From Armatimonadota bacterium (GTDB lineage Bacteria; Armatimonadota; HRBIN16), in assembly GCA_963677485.1 (NCBI GenBank), contig OY781964.1, forward strand, positions 2,434,980-2,498,979: a stretch of 64,000 nt of DNA, given 5' to 3'. This document shows, in pieces, positions 28,174 through 38,900 of the stretch (the stretch's first letter is position 1; each line of letters starts with the position of its first letter). The translations under genes and the position numbers were made by a program. The notes under the pieces were generated by a model. The model saw nothing but the letters and a program-made list of their open reading frames with translations, made no database searches and was not told where the DNA came from.

Positions 28174-28924
28174 ACAGGCTCTTGTTCAGCGATCTATGGC
28201 GTCGGCGGATCTGTATCAGTTTGTGGAACATCTGGTTGGCGTCGCGGAACAGGGAGACTTTGGAGCCCTCCACATGGTGCCACTTCACCCCAACCTCTTT
28301 GACTCCAAAACCGAGCCGTCTGGCTACCACAATCGCCTCGATATCAAACGCGAAACCATCTTCCTGGCAGCGCGAAAAAATCTGATCTGAGGCCTTTTTG
28401 GTAAATATCTTAAAGCCACACTGCGTATCGATAATCCCGGGCACCGCAAGGGCCTGAACGATCAGGTTAAAGCAGCGTCCCGCCATCTCACGGTACCATG
28501 GCTGCCGTTTCTCAAGCTTCGCGCCTCTGCAGGCACGGCTGGCGATCACCACATCCGCCTGGTTATTCACGATGATAGGCAGCAGATTTTCGGTTTCGTC
28601 CAGAGGGGTGGCCAAATCGGCGTCCATGAACATCACGATGTCACCGCGCGCCTCCAGCATCCCAGTTCGCACCGCGTATCCCTTGCCGTGGTTCGGGGTG
28701 TAGTCGATCAGTCTGACCTTCGGATGCTCCACTGAAAAGCTCCGCACCAGTGCCGCGGTACCATCGGATGAGCCATCGCTCACGATGATTATCTCAAATT
28801 CGCAGCCTATAGCCTGGAAAAAGTCCCACATCTCGGGTAGAGTGCTGTGAAGGCGGGTCTGCTCATTATAGGCGGGTACAATCACAGATAGATGATGGCT
28901 ACTAAGTAGGGATGACTGCAGCAA
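28160..28924 (-). CDS. Family 2 glycosyltransferase (polyprenol-phosphate / dolichyl-phosphate glycosyltransferase-like).
   Basis: LSVIVPAYNE, IIIVSDGSSDGT and FMDADLATP are GT2 signatures. It overlaps the methyltransferase gene by 14 nt. Confidence 0.88.
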   Translation of the reverse strand: MLQSSLLSSHHLSVIVPAYNEQTRLHSTLPEMWDFFQAIGCEFEIIIVSDGSSDGTAALVRSFSVEHPKVRLIDYTPNHGKGYAVRTGMLEARGDIVMFMDADLATPLDETENLLPIIVNNQADVVIASRACRGAKLEKRQPWYREMAGRCFNLIVQALAVPGIIDTQCGFKIFTKKASDQIFSRCQEDGFAFDIEAIVVARRLGFGVKEVGVKWHHVEGSKVSLFRDANQMFHKLIQIRRRHRSLNKSLYESS

Positions 28925-29115
28925 GATAAACCTCAGTACGCAACTTAACTCAGGGTGTCACATTTAATATTGTAACGCACAGGTAATAGCTTCCCATAAT
29001 TTCACGGATATCACGAAAATACCATATCCAGGCGGTGGTAACTGGTACATTCAGTATGGGCTAATAGAACCCAGTCACAATCGAAATAAACAGCATTTAG
29101 ATATGAGGGGACATC

Positions 29116-30189
29116 ATGAACGCAAAAGAGAGAGTTCTCGCGGTGATCAACCGACAACCGGTCGATCGACTGCCTATCGATATATGGATGACCGGCGAAG
29201 TGCGCCAGTCGCTTCTTGAGCATTGTGGAGTGAACGATGACTTTGCTCTCTACAAAGCTCTGGGTATCGACAAAATCGTGTGGGTGGGTGCCGGCTATAC
29301 TTACAACCCCACCGCCGAGGCCGATGCTGCCGCTGGTCTATACCGATCCACCTATGGTCAGCCTTCGCGTGCGAAGCAGTCGGGCAACGCCATGTATCTG
29401 GAATCCGCTGGTGCTCCGCTTTTGGGTTATGACACCATCGAGTCGCTGGATGACTACCCCTACTGGCCAGACCCGGACAAGTTCGACTATGAGGGCGGGG
29501 CGGCGGCCTGCAAAGCGGTCTCTTCGGAATATGCCACCTTGGGCCCGTGGGTCAGCTTCTACGAGATTTTCTGCGGTATGCGCGGGATGGAGCAGGCGAT
29601 GATGGATGTCATCGATGACCCCGACTACGTGCAGGCGGTGCTGGACCGCATCGAATCGACCCAGACCGAGATGATGAAGCGCTTCTTTGCCGTTGTGGGT
29701 GATTCGCTGGACCTGGTGTTTATCAGCGACGACATGGGCAGCCAGTCAAGTCTACTGATCTCGCCACGACAGTGGGATATGCTGATCAAAGAGCGCATGC
29801 ACCGCTGGTGCAAGATGATCCATGACGCCGGTTATAAGGTGTTTTACCACACCGACGGGGCCGCCGAGGCACTCATCCCGAGGTTGATTGATGCTGGCAT
29901 CGACATCCTGAACCCCATCCAGCACATCTGCCCGGGCATGGAGATGGACCAACTGAAGGCCAAGTATGGCGACAAGATCATCTTCCATGGCGGTGTGGAT
30001 AACCAAGGGGCTCTGCCGTTTGGCAGCGTGGCCGATGTAGAGGCCGAAACAATGGACTGCTTGACCAAGCTGGGGGCCGGTAAAGATGGTTATCTGCCCT
30101 GCAGTTGCCACAACATCCAGGCTGGCACCCCCGTGGCCAACATCATCGCGATGATTGAGACCGTGAAAATTCGCAGCTCCGAACTGTAG
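29116..30189 (+). CDS. Uroporphyrinogen decarboxylase (URO-D)-family protein (MtaA/CmuA-like).
   Basis: 357 aa. RQPVDRLPIDIWMT...YKVFYHTDGAAEALIPRLIDAGIDILNPIQ matches the URO-D fold family. GAGGGG lies 5 nt upstream of the ATG. Confidence 0.75.
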   Translation: MNAKERVLAVINRQPVDRLPIDIWMTGEVRQSLLEHCGVNDDFALYKALGIDKIVWVGAGYTYNPTAEADAAAGLYRSTYGQPSRAKQSGNAMYLESAGAPLLGYDTIESLDDYPYWPDPDKFDYEGGAAACKAVSSEYATLGPWVSFYEIFCGMRGMEQAMMDVIDDPDYVQAVLDRIESTQTEMMKRFFAVVGDSLDLVFISDDMGSQSSLLISPRQWDMLIKERMHRWCKMIHDAGYKVFYHTDGAAEALIPRLIDAGIDILNPIQHICPGMEMDQLKAKYGDKIIFHGGVDNQGALPFGSVADVEAETMDCLTKLGAGKDGYLPCSCHNIQAGTPVANIIAMIETVKIRSSEL

Positions 30190-30221
30190 CGGATGCGGTG
30201 GTTTGGCCGTACAAACCAAAT

Positions 30222-30256
30222 GCAGGGCGAGTGATCATCGCCCCTGCGTTATTTTT
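30222..30256. terminator. Bidirectional rho-independent terminator between the convergent URO-D-family gene and folP.
   Basis: Hairpin GCAGGGCGA-GTGATCA-TCGCCCCTGC followed by GTTATTTTT. A second hairpin, TGGTTTG-GCCGTA-CAAACCA, lies just upstream. Confidence 0.7.
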
Positions 30257-30310
30257 AGTAGCACCTTATTGGGCCACCCAATCCGTCCGATGAACGAGCA
30301 GCAACAGCCT

Positions 30311-31141
30311 CTACCGTCCCATTATCGCCTCAGCCACGCGGACGGCGGGTACCACACGCTCCACATCATGCACCCTCAGCACATTCGCGCCGTTCATCAT
30401 GCCAATAATGCAGGCGGCGATAGTGCCATCTACGCGTTCCAATGGGGGTGCGCCGTTCAGAACGGCACCGATGAAGCTCTTCCGCGAGGCTCCGAGCAGG
30501 ATGGTCATCCCGAAGCGTTTGAACCGGTCCAGCTCGCGGATGATCTGCAGATTGTGCTCCACGGTCTTACCAAACCCGATGCCGGGATCAATCCAGATTT
30601 TCTGCTGCTTCACGCCAGCCTTCAAAGCCACCTCGATCTGGCGTTCAAGAAAATCGCAGATTTCGCCGATGAGGTCATCATAGTGGGGGTTGAGCTGCAT
30701 GGTGCGGGGGTCGCCTTTGGTGTGCATGATACAGCAATGTGCGTCATGTTCTGCGATCACACGGGGCATATCGGGGTCCGCGGTCAAACCGCTGACGTCA
30801 TTCACCAAAAAAGCACCAGCCTCAAGAACCATCGCTGCAACGGCAGCCTTGGTCGTATCAATTGAGACTGGTGCTTTGGTAACTAGCGTCTTGACCACCG
30901 GCAGCACCCTTTTGATCTCTGCCTCTTCCATAATAGGGAGGCTCCCCGGACGGGTGCTTTCGCCACCAACATCGATAAGATCAACGCCTTGCTGTATCAG
31001 CTCGAGACCGCGATGAACCGCGTTGTCATGGCGAAGGAACCGCCCACCATCTGAGAAAGAGTCTGGGGTTACGTTCATTATCCCCATAACTAAGGTGCGA
31101 TCGATGCTCAGACGCTCCGAACTCTGCGGGGGATTCTCCAA
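30311..31141 (-). CDS. folP: Dihydropteroate synthase.
   Basis: VMGIMNVTPDSFSDGGRF...GVDLIDVGGESTRPG...GKTVEHN is a canonical DHPS. Confidence 0.92.
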   Translation of the reverse strand: MENPPQSSERLSIDRTLVMGIMNVTPDSFSDGGRFLRHDNAVHRGLELIQQGVDLIDVGGESTRPGSLPIMEEAEIKRVLPVVKTLVTKAPVSIDTTKAAVAAMVLEAGAFLVNDVSGLTADPDMPRVIAEHDAHCCIMHTKGDPRTMQLNPHYDDLIGEICDFLERQIEVALKAGVKQQKIWIDPGIGFGKTVEHNLQIIRELDRFKRFGMTILLGASRKSFIGAVLNGAPPLERVDGTIAACIIGMMNGANVLRVHDVERVVPAVRVAEAIMGR

Positions 31142-31530
31142 TATTTGCTCCTTTGTTGGGCGTTTTGAAGTCTCCTACGCGTCCGCTCATACGGTGTCCT
31201 CGACTTTCTTGTCAAGTTGCGGACCTGCTACCCGGCCTTTTTCTCTTTCCGTTTTACCAAACTTGCCGGGTTGCTTGCTACTCGAGGTAACCGCTTCGGC
31301 TACCCGATTCGCCGGTAATGAGAACTTGCCAGGATAGTTCTGGTATTCAGTTTACCTGCTATCTTATAGCGGGCTTGGTATCAACTGAACTATATTAGTA
31401 ATACCCGGTCCTGACAGCTTGAATCTTCTTTTTATGCCCAATTACATAAGTATTATTACTAGTTTTTTGGTATCACTTGACACTACACAGTATTGCAAGG
31501 TTATTCTTTGGTAGCTACTCAGACATTAAT

Positions 31531-31693
31531 GGCTATGTCCGGGGCGGTCTGTGCGTAGGCTAGCGGATGCAGAAGGCTCAAGACCGCGCCGGTCTGGCGG
31601 TTAGCCCTAAAAGATTTTTGTCGGGAACAAGACCGGCGCGGTCTATAGACTGTGGCCACCGCAGGCGTACTGACAGACCGCCCCGGACATTGG
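31531..31693. repeat. REP/MITE-like element, full unit in inverted arrangement.
   Basis: GGCTATGTCCGGGGCGGTCT...CAAGACCGCGCCGGTCTGGCGG...AAGACCGGCGCGGTCT...CAGACCGCCCCGGACATTGG. Confidence 0.8.
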
Positions 31694-31718
31694 TAAACCA
31701 GTGAGTTCAAGGGAAATC

Positions 31719-34229
31719 TCACAAGGTGCTGGTCGGGTCGATGTCGATACTGAGTTGGCAGCCCTCCGGAAGGGTGATTCGCGGCAACGCCGCCTCCAGC
31801 AGAGCGGGCAGCTCGGACGGCTGCTGCACCTTCACCAGGCAGTGGTATCTATAAACACCCCTCACTCGACTGAGCGGTGCCGGCGCGGGGCCCATCAGCA
31901 GAGCCTTGGTGTTGCGGAACTGCACCATCTCCGCGAGCCGTAGCACCAGTTCGGCTGCGCCGACCTTGGCATCGGCTTCGACTTCGCTATTCACCACCAG
32001 GTTCGCCAGCCGTGAGAAGGGCGGGTAGCCCAACTGCCTGCGCAGCGGGATCTCGTGCTGGTAAAAGCCGAGGTAATCATGCTGACTGGCGCAAACCACC
32101 GCCTCATGCTCCGGGTTGAAGCTCTGCACGAACACCAGACCGGGTCGCTGCGAACGTCCCGCTCTTCCCGCCACCTGCGTGAGCAGTTGGAAGGTGCGTT
32201 CGCTGGCTCTAAAGTCGGGCAGGTTCAGCCCGCTGTCGGCCATCACCACACCTACCAGGGTGACGTTCGGAAAGTCCAGCCCTTTCGCCACCATTTGGGT
32301 ACCGATCAAGATATCCGCCTCATGGGCACGAAACTGGGCCAGTAGTTCGTGGTGAGATCCCTGACGCTGGGTGGTGTCGCGGTCCATCCTCAGAATGCGG
32401 GCATCCGGGAATAACCGCTGCACCTCCTCCTCCACCCTTTCGGTGCCAAGACCAAACGGCAGCGGATTGGGGGCCTGGCAGGTGGGGCACTTATCCGGTA
32501 GGGGGATGCTGTAGTCGCAGTGGTGGCACCGCAACAGCCCGTCAGCCTTGTGATAGGCCAGCGACACCGCGCACTGGTTGCACTTGATGGCGGTGCCGCA
32601 TTTGCGGCACATCACGAACATCGCCCAGGCCCGGCGGTTGATCAGCAGGATCACCTGCTCCCTCCAGCGCAGCGTATCTGTAATGGCGTTGGCCAGTGCG
32701 GAGCTGAAGATGCTGTTCTTCACCCGCGAGGCTTCGCGCATATCGACGATATGCACCTCCGGCATGGCGTTGCCCGACACGCGGCTGGGGAGGCAGAGCA
32801 GTTGCTCCGCCTGTTCCGCATGGTAGTAGCTCTCGATACTCGGCGTGGCGCTGCCCAGAAGCAGCACCGCTCCTGCCTGCTTAGCCCGGAACAGCGCGAC
32901 GTCACGCGCGTGGTATCTGGGCGAGTGGTCCTGCTGTTTGTAGGTCGCCTCGTGCTCCTCGTCCAGAATGATCAGCCCCATATGCTTTAACGGCGCGAAC
33001 ACCGCGCTGCGGGCGCCCACCACCACCGGGGCTTCGCCTTCCGCTACCCGCTGCCACTCATCAAACCGCTGACCGTTGCTCAATGCGCTATGCAGCACCG
33101 CCGCAAGCTCACCGAACCGCTCGCGCACCGCCTGCACAAGCTGGGAGGTCAGCGCAATCTCAGGCACCAGCAGCAGCGCGCTCCTGCCCTGCTTCAGGCA
33201 GTGCTCGATCGCCCGCAGGTAGACCTCCGTCTTGCCTGAGGCGGTCACCCCAAACAACAGCCACTGCCGGAACTCCGATGTATCGAGCCCGGTGTTGATG
33301 GTATCCAAAACTTCCGCTTGGTCCGATGTCAGCTCAAACTCGTGGTGCATCGCCGCTTTCTTGAGGGCTGCATCCACCATCGTAAATGGGTCGCGGCGCA
33401 CAGCCCGGTCGGTGATGCGGATGATACCCTTGTCCGACAGCGATTTGGCTGCGGAGCGTGTGGTGTGCAGCAGTTCCAGAAGTTCGGCCAGAGGCACGAC
33501 CGCATGATCCGGCTGCATCAGATGCGCCAGCAACGCTGCCTGTTTGGGCGCCCTATGCTTAAGGCCTTCCATGAGTTCCTCGGCCAACGCGTGACTGCAC
33601 GCCAGCTCCGCGTGCTGCACTAGCTTCTGGCGTGTGCTGGGCAGCTTCACCACACTCGCCTCGACCAGCAGGTTCCTGCGCTTCAGTTTTTGTATGGCGA
33701 TGCTGAGCTGGCTCGCTGGTATGCGGGCCTTTAGCCCCGCTTCCGGCAGCTCTCCACCGGCATCGCGGAGCAGGTTCAACAGCCGCTGCTCTACCGACAG
33801 CGCTTCGTCCTCAAACAGCTCCCGCTGATCGGCCTGAGGGGTCAGCCGCACCACCTTCTGTATTCGGGCGTGCATCTGCACCGGCGCAAGCAGATTAACG
33901 CACCGGCTGAGGGGGGCGTGATACTCCGCCGCCATCCACTCCGCCAGTTGCAGCCGCGGTCCGTCAATAGTGACCTCACCTTCTACAAACAGGCTGATCG
34001 GCTTGAATGACTCCATCTCACCAGGCTGACAGGTACGCAGCCGCGCCACGATGCCCAGCACCTCACGCCCGTGGAAGCTCACCAGCGCGCAGCGACCCAA
34101 CGCCGCCTCCGGGACCAGTTCCACAGGTACAAGATAGCTATATAACTCCTGAAGGGCCACAGCCAGGTTGATGACCAGGTCGGCCACGAGCGGAGCAGAC
34201 AGGCAGGTATTTTCTTCCATCACAGCCAA
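31719..34229 (-). CDS. priA: Primosomal protein N' (replication restart helicase PriA).
   Basis: 836 aa. Walker A GVTASGKTEV, DEAH-like LIILDEEHE, and a cysteine-rich zinc-binding region CRKCGTAIKCNQCAVSLAYHKADGLLRCHHCDYSIPLPDKCPTCQ. Confidence 0.92.
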   Translation of the reverse strand: MAVMEENTCLSAPLVADLVINLAVALQELYSYLVPVELVPEAALGRCALVSFHGREVLGIVARLRTCQPGEMESFKPISLFVEGEVTIDGPRLQLAEWMAAEYHAPLSRCVNLLAPVQMHARIQKVVRLTPQADQRELFEDEALSVEQRLLNLLRDAGGELPEAGLKARIPASQLSIAIQKLKRRNLLVEASVVKLPSTRQKLVQHAELACSHALAEELMEGLKHRAPKQAALLAHLMQPDHAVVPLAELLELLHTTRSAAKSLSDKGIIRITDRAVRRDPFTMVDAALKKAAMHHEFELTSDQAEVLDTINTGLDTSEFRQWLLFGVTASGKTEVYLRAIEHCLKQGRSALLLVPEIALTSQLVQAVRERFGELAAVLHSALSNGQRFDEWQRVAEGEAPVVVGARSAVFAPLKHMGLIILDEEHEATYKQQDHSPRYHARDVALFRAKQAGAVLLLGSATPSIESYYHAEQAEQLLCLPSRVSGNAMPEVHIVDMREASRVKNSIFSSALANAITDTLRWREQVILLINRRAWAMFVMCRKCGTAIKCNQCAVSLAYHKADGLLRCHHCDYSIPLPDKCPTCQAPNPLPFGLGTERVEEEVQRLFPDARILRMDRDTTQRQGSHHELLAQFRAHEADILIGTQMVAKGLDFPNVTLVGVVMADSGLNLPDFRASERTFQLLTQVAGRAGRSQRPGLVFVQSFNPEHEAVVCASQHDYLGFYQHEIPLRRQLGYPPFSRLANLVVNSEVEADAKVGAAELVLRLAEMVQFRNTKALLMGPAPAPLSRVRGVYRYHCLVKVQQPSELPALLEAALPRITLPEGCQLSIDIDPTSTL

Positions 34230-34261
34230 TATGATAGCAGAACAAACCGGAGGTTGCGCCT

Positions 34262-35785
34262 TTGCCTAAACCAAACCTGCTCTTTCTGATGTGCGACCAG
34301 TTGCGTTTCGATGCCATCGCAGCACTAGGCAATGCGCAGATATGCACCCCAAACATTGACCGACTGGTGAAGCGGGGTGTCTCGTTCACCAATGCCTACA
34401 GCAGTTGCCCGGTGTGTGTACCCGCTCGGGCCACACTGCGGACCGGCTGTGAGCCCTTCCACACCGCCGTGACCGAAAATGCGATGCCGCACCCGCTGCC
34501 CGATCAACCCGCAGATATGGAAGAGCGGTGCGGCAAATTCCTGGGTCGCACCATGCAGGGCCTGGGCTACCGCACATTTGGCATCGGTAAGTTCCATGCT
34601 GTGCCGGATGCCTGGCAGAACCTGGGTTACGACATCCAATTACACAGTGAGCCGCAGCCCCAAAGTGCAGAATGGCGCAAGCGTGACCACTACACCCATT
34701 GGATTGAGACCGAACACCCCGATTTTGCCTACCTGGAGAGTTTCCAGGGCGAACGCAGTGACTGCTACTACATCCCGCAGTGTGCCCCCCTGCCCCGCGA
34801 TCTGTGCATGGAGGGCTGGGCAGCCGAACAAACACGCAAGTTCATCAGTGAGCAGCCGACAGGGCAGCCGTGGTTTGGGTTTGTCAGCTTCTTTGGCCCG
34901 CATCCGCCTTTTGCACCACCCGTGCCTTTTAATCGCATGTACAACCCAGAAAACATGGATGTACCCATACTTGGTGAGATCGGCACCGACCATTTGGATG
35001 ACACCATACCCAGCATGAACTACGCGGTCTGGGCTGAGCAGATCGGGCCTTTGCTTAACCGGCAGCTCAAGGCGCGATATTATGGCGAAATCAGCTATAT
35101 CGACTGGTGCATCGGCATGATTCTGGATGAAGTGGAGAAAAGGCCCGATGCCGCCAACACCCTCATCGCGCTCTTCAGCGACCATGGCGACCACCTCGGA
35201 GACCATCACGCCTGGCAGAAGGAGAGCTTCTTCGAAGCAAGCTGCCACATCCCTCTGCTCATCAGTTGGCCTGGCCAACTCAAAGCGGATGTGCGTGACG
35301 ACCAACTGGCGGCCCTGACCGATCTGTTCGGCGTGGCCACCCGAGCAGCCGGAGCGGCCGAAATGCGCGACGGGCACGATATCCTGGGAGCTCATTTAGG
35401 GCAGGTGGCCCCACGCGAACGGCTGTATGGTTATTACGGCAGCCCTGGGGAGCGCAGCTTCAAGACTATGGTGCGATGGGAGCACTGGAAAATGATCACA
35501 ATGGCCAATGGCGGCCGAACGCAGCTGTTTAATTTGGAAACCGACCCCTATGAGATGAAAAACCTGGCCTATTCCCAAAGCAAAATATCAAAACGAATGG
35601 TAGAATGGTTGACAGAGCAGTTGATACGCCATCCATTTACAGCTCAGGCAGTACATGATGGACAGCTTATACAACTCGCATTCGAAATGGGTCCACGGCA
35701 AAGGCTGTGCCAGTTTGGATACCCTGGACCTGTTGGCTCTTTCTTCCCGGACGACCCTGCTGTTGTGTGGAAGGAACTAAAATAA
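34262..35785 (+). CDS. Sulfatase (arylsulfatase family, Cys-type).
   Basis: NLLFLMCDQLRFD...SSCPVCVPARATLRTG carries the C-x-P-x-R formylglycine motif; SDHGDHLGDH follows. It is divergent from priA with only a 32-bp gap. Confidence 0.9.
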   Translation: MPKPNLLFLMCDQLRFDAIAALGNAQICTPNIDRLVKRGVSFTNAYSSCPVCVPARATLRTGCEPFHTAVTENAMPHPLPDQPADMEERCGKFLGRTMQGLGYRTFGIGKFHAVPDAWQNLGYDIQLHSEPQPQSAEWRKRDHYTHWIETEHPDFAYLESFQGERSDCYYIPQCAPLPRDLCMEGWAAEQTRKFISEQPTGQPWFGFVSFFGPHPPFAPPVPFNRMYNPENMDVPILGEIGTDHLDDTIPSMNYAVWAEQIGPLLNRQLKARYYGEISYIDWCIGMILDEVEKRPDAANTLIALFSDHGDHLGDHHAWQKESFFEASCHIPLLISWPGQLKADVRDDQLAALTDLFGVATRAAGAAEMRDGHDILGAHLGQVAPRERLYGYYGSPGERSFKTMVRWEHWKMITMANGGRTQLFNLETDPYEMKNLAYSQSKISKRMVEWLTEQLIRHPFTAQAVHDGQLIQLAFEMGPRQRLCQFGYPGPVGSFFPDDPAVVWKELK

Positions 35786-35914
35786 AGCATCAAAGTGTAT
35801 TCTGTGTTACACTTATTCAGCTAACCGTATATCGAACACCATGCCCCCTGTTGGGCACCAATATCGCTAGCTTTCCATAGCGTAAATATACCATGCTGTA
35901 ACAGGAGGATCCCC

Positions 35915-38900
35915 GTGCGTCGACGCTTGCTTGCAATACCCATGCGATGGCAACTAATGGTGCTTGTGATCGTCACTATGGCTCCTCTTCTTGTGGGCTT
36001 GAGTTTGTTGTATTTGGATATATCCTCCAGCTCATACCAGAATGTGATCAACAATACTAAGAGCATCTCACAGGCATTTACCACCAGCCAGGAGACACTG
36101 CTTGATAACACCTATACTTTACTCTCCACCCTGGCCGATGTGGCAGCGCAAAAAGACATAAACCAGCTCCATAAGATACTGACTCAGGTCCATCGCCGCT
36201 CACCAGAATACCTGAACCTGTTCTATGTTTCTGCCGATGGGGTAGTCCGGTCCTCCGTATTACCCGCTCACCAAACATATCTAGGTGACCGAAGCTACGT
36301 GAAGGATGCGATCAGCAACCGGTCTTTCACAGTGGGCAGTTATCAGGTTGGACGCATTACCAAACAACCCACAATTAACTGTGGGTATCCTGTCTTGGAT
36401 TACTCAGGTAAGGTGATCGGGGTGGTGGCGGCCTCTATCGGCTTGTCGAATCTTTCTGAGATGTTTCAACGTTCTAACCTGCCAGAAGGCTCCCATATGG
36501 TTATGAGCGACCGCAATGGGGCTGTGCTGGCATCGACCGATGCCGATACGCAGGTAGGGCTTCAGGAAACCGAATATGTCCGCATGATTCTGGCGAACAG
36601 GCGGAGCCTGGCAGACATGGTAGAGGAAAAATCGGACCATGGGGTAGTTTACCATCACATCACTCCCCTGTTCATACGCCAATCCACTGTGCCGTACAGC
36701 TATTTGCGTATCAGCATACCTCGATCATCTATCATGCAAACAGCACACCATAGGTTGCAGTGGCTGTCCGGTTGGCTGATACCCTTTCTCATTCTTCCGT
36801 TGGTATTGTCATACATAGTAGGTCATCGCTACATCAGCAAGCGCCTTGATGCGGTGGTACAGACCGCGCGGAAACTGCAATCTGGGGATCTGTCTGCACG
36901 CTCAGCGCTTGAAGACGACCTTGGTGAGATTGGGATGCTGAGCAGTGTGTTTAACGAGATGGCTGACTCGGTTCAAAAATGGTATCAGCAACACCAGTTG
37001 GTTGAGAAGCAGTTGCGCGACAGCGAATCACGGTACCGCAATCTCGTGGAGCAGCTTCCTGCGGTCACTTATGTGATGGCATTCTCTAGTCACAGTGCTG
37101 AGGTGCTTTTCTTAAACTCGCATATTGTGGATATCACCGGCTATAAGGCCAGTGATTTCATCACCAATCCCACATTGCTGTCCTCACTGGTGTATAGCCA
37201 GGACCAGCCTGCATATAGGGCCTCCATGAATGTAGTGGCGAGACGTGAGCCGGTAGAGCTTACCTACCGCATCATTACCAGGTATGGTGATACGCGATGG
37301 GTATACGAAAAGTCGCAACTGATTGAATCTGCACAAGATGACAGTATCGTGATTCAAGGACTGCTGCTTGACATCACCGACACCCAGACCATGGCTGCTG
37401 AGCTGCACCAGAGTGAGGCGCGCTTCAAGCTGCTGGTCCAGTCAATGGGTGAGATGGTCATCACACTCGATTCAAACTATCGAGTGAATGGCATATACGG
37501 CTCCTCCGCCGATGTGCCGATTGGAATTGCCCCTGCCATTGGCCAGAACATCACTGATTTCCTGCCCGACTCTATTGCAGAGCTGCATATTAGGTATATG
37601 AGGCTATCGGAGCAAGGTCTGCCGCAAAGCTTTGAGTGGACCATCAACCAGCACGGCTTCGAATGGTTCCTTTTGAGCTCAGTCAGTTCGGTGATTCATG
37701 AATATAATGGCCATCAAGGCTATGTGGTCGTGGTGAAGGACGTCACTGAGATGAGAATGGCTGAAGCTGAGAGACGACAGCTCGATATGAAGATGCAGCA
37801 ATCTCAACGGCTAGAAAGCCTTGGTTTAATGGCAGGCGGTATTGCTCACGATTTTAACAACCTGCTTACTGGTGTCATGGGACATACCAGTTTAGCCATG
37901 TCCTGCGTCCCACAAGATCACCCGGTATACCAGGAGCTTGTTCACATATCGACAGCGACCCAATACGCCTCAGACCTGGTGAAGCAGATGCTCGCCTATA
38001 GTGGCCATGACAGCTTCCAGAAGCGAATACTAGACCTCAATAATGCGGTGCGGGATATGACCCAACTGCTGACTGTTTCCATACCGAAAAATGTGAAAAT
38101 CAACACCGAGCTCCAGTCTGGTGTGCTCGCAATAGAATCCGATCCTGTGCAGCTTCAGCAGGTGCTGATGAATATAGTCATCAATGCCGGTGAGGCGATT
38201 GGAACCGCCGCTGGTCAGATAACCATACGTACCGGCAACCGCCTGATCGGTGAAGACGAGTTATCAAACGGCTACATGAATGATGGGTTATCGGCCGGAA
38301 TGTATACTGTGGTTCAAATCATAGACACAGGATGCGGCATGGATGCGGAGACGCTGATCCGATTCTACGACCCCTTCTTCACCACGAAGTTCCCCGGACG
38401 AGGGCTGGGATTGGCCGCCGTTTTGGGTATCATGCGCAGCCATTCGGGCGGAATTCACGTGGTCAGTCGTCCAGGCGAAGGCACCACATTTACCTTGATT
38501 TTCCCATCTGTCTCGGAAGATGTTCCTGTGGAGGTGACTGCTGCTGATGGTGAGGACTGGCAGCCGGAGCATCAACTACACGCGCTGATAGTTGATGATG
38601 AAGAGGGTGTTCGGTTGGTGGCTACAGCCATGCTGAATCGTTTAGGTCTGACCGTAGAGACAGCCTGCGATGGTCAGGAGGGTGTTAACCTGGTCACCGC
38701 AAGTCCCAGCAAATACGATCTGATCGTGCTGGACCTTACGATGCCGAATATGGGCGGCGAAGAGGCTCTAGAACACATACGACAGTTATGTCCGGACATC
38801 CCGGTCGTCATCTCATCCGGGTATACCGAGATCGAAATGGAACTGCATTCTGACGAACGCCGGTTCGATGCGTTCCTTCAAAAGCCATACAGGTTAGAGC

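Noticed and set aside
34230-34261. The 32-bp divergent gap between the priA and sulfatase starts, as a possible shared regulatory site.
   Set aside because: It is too short to evaluate from sequence. No palindrome or recognisable promoter elements are visible, and it is likely just compact divergent promoters overlapping the coding 5' ends.
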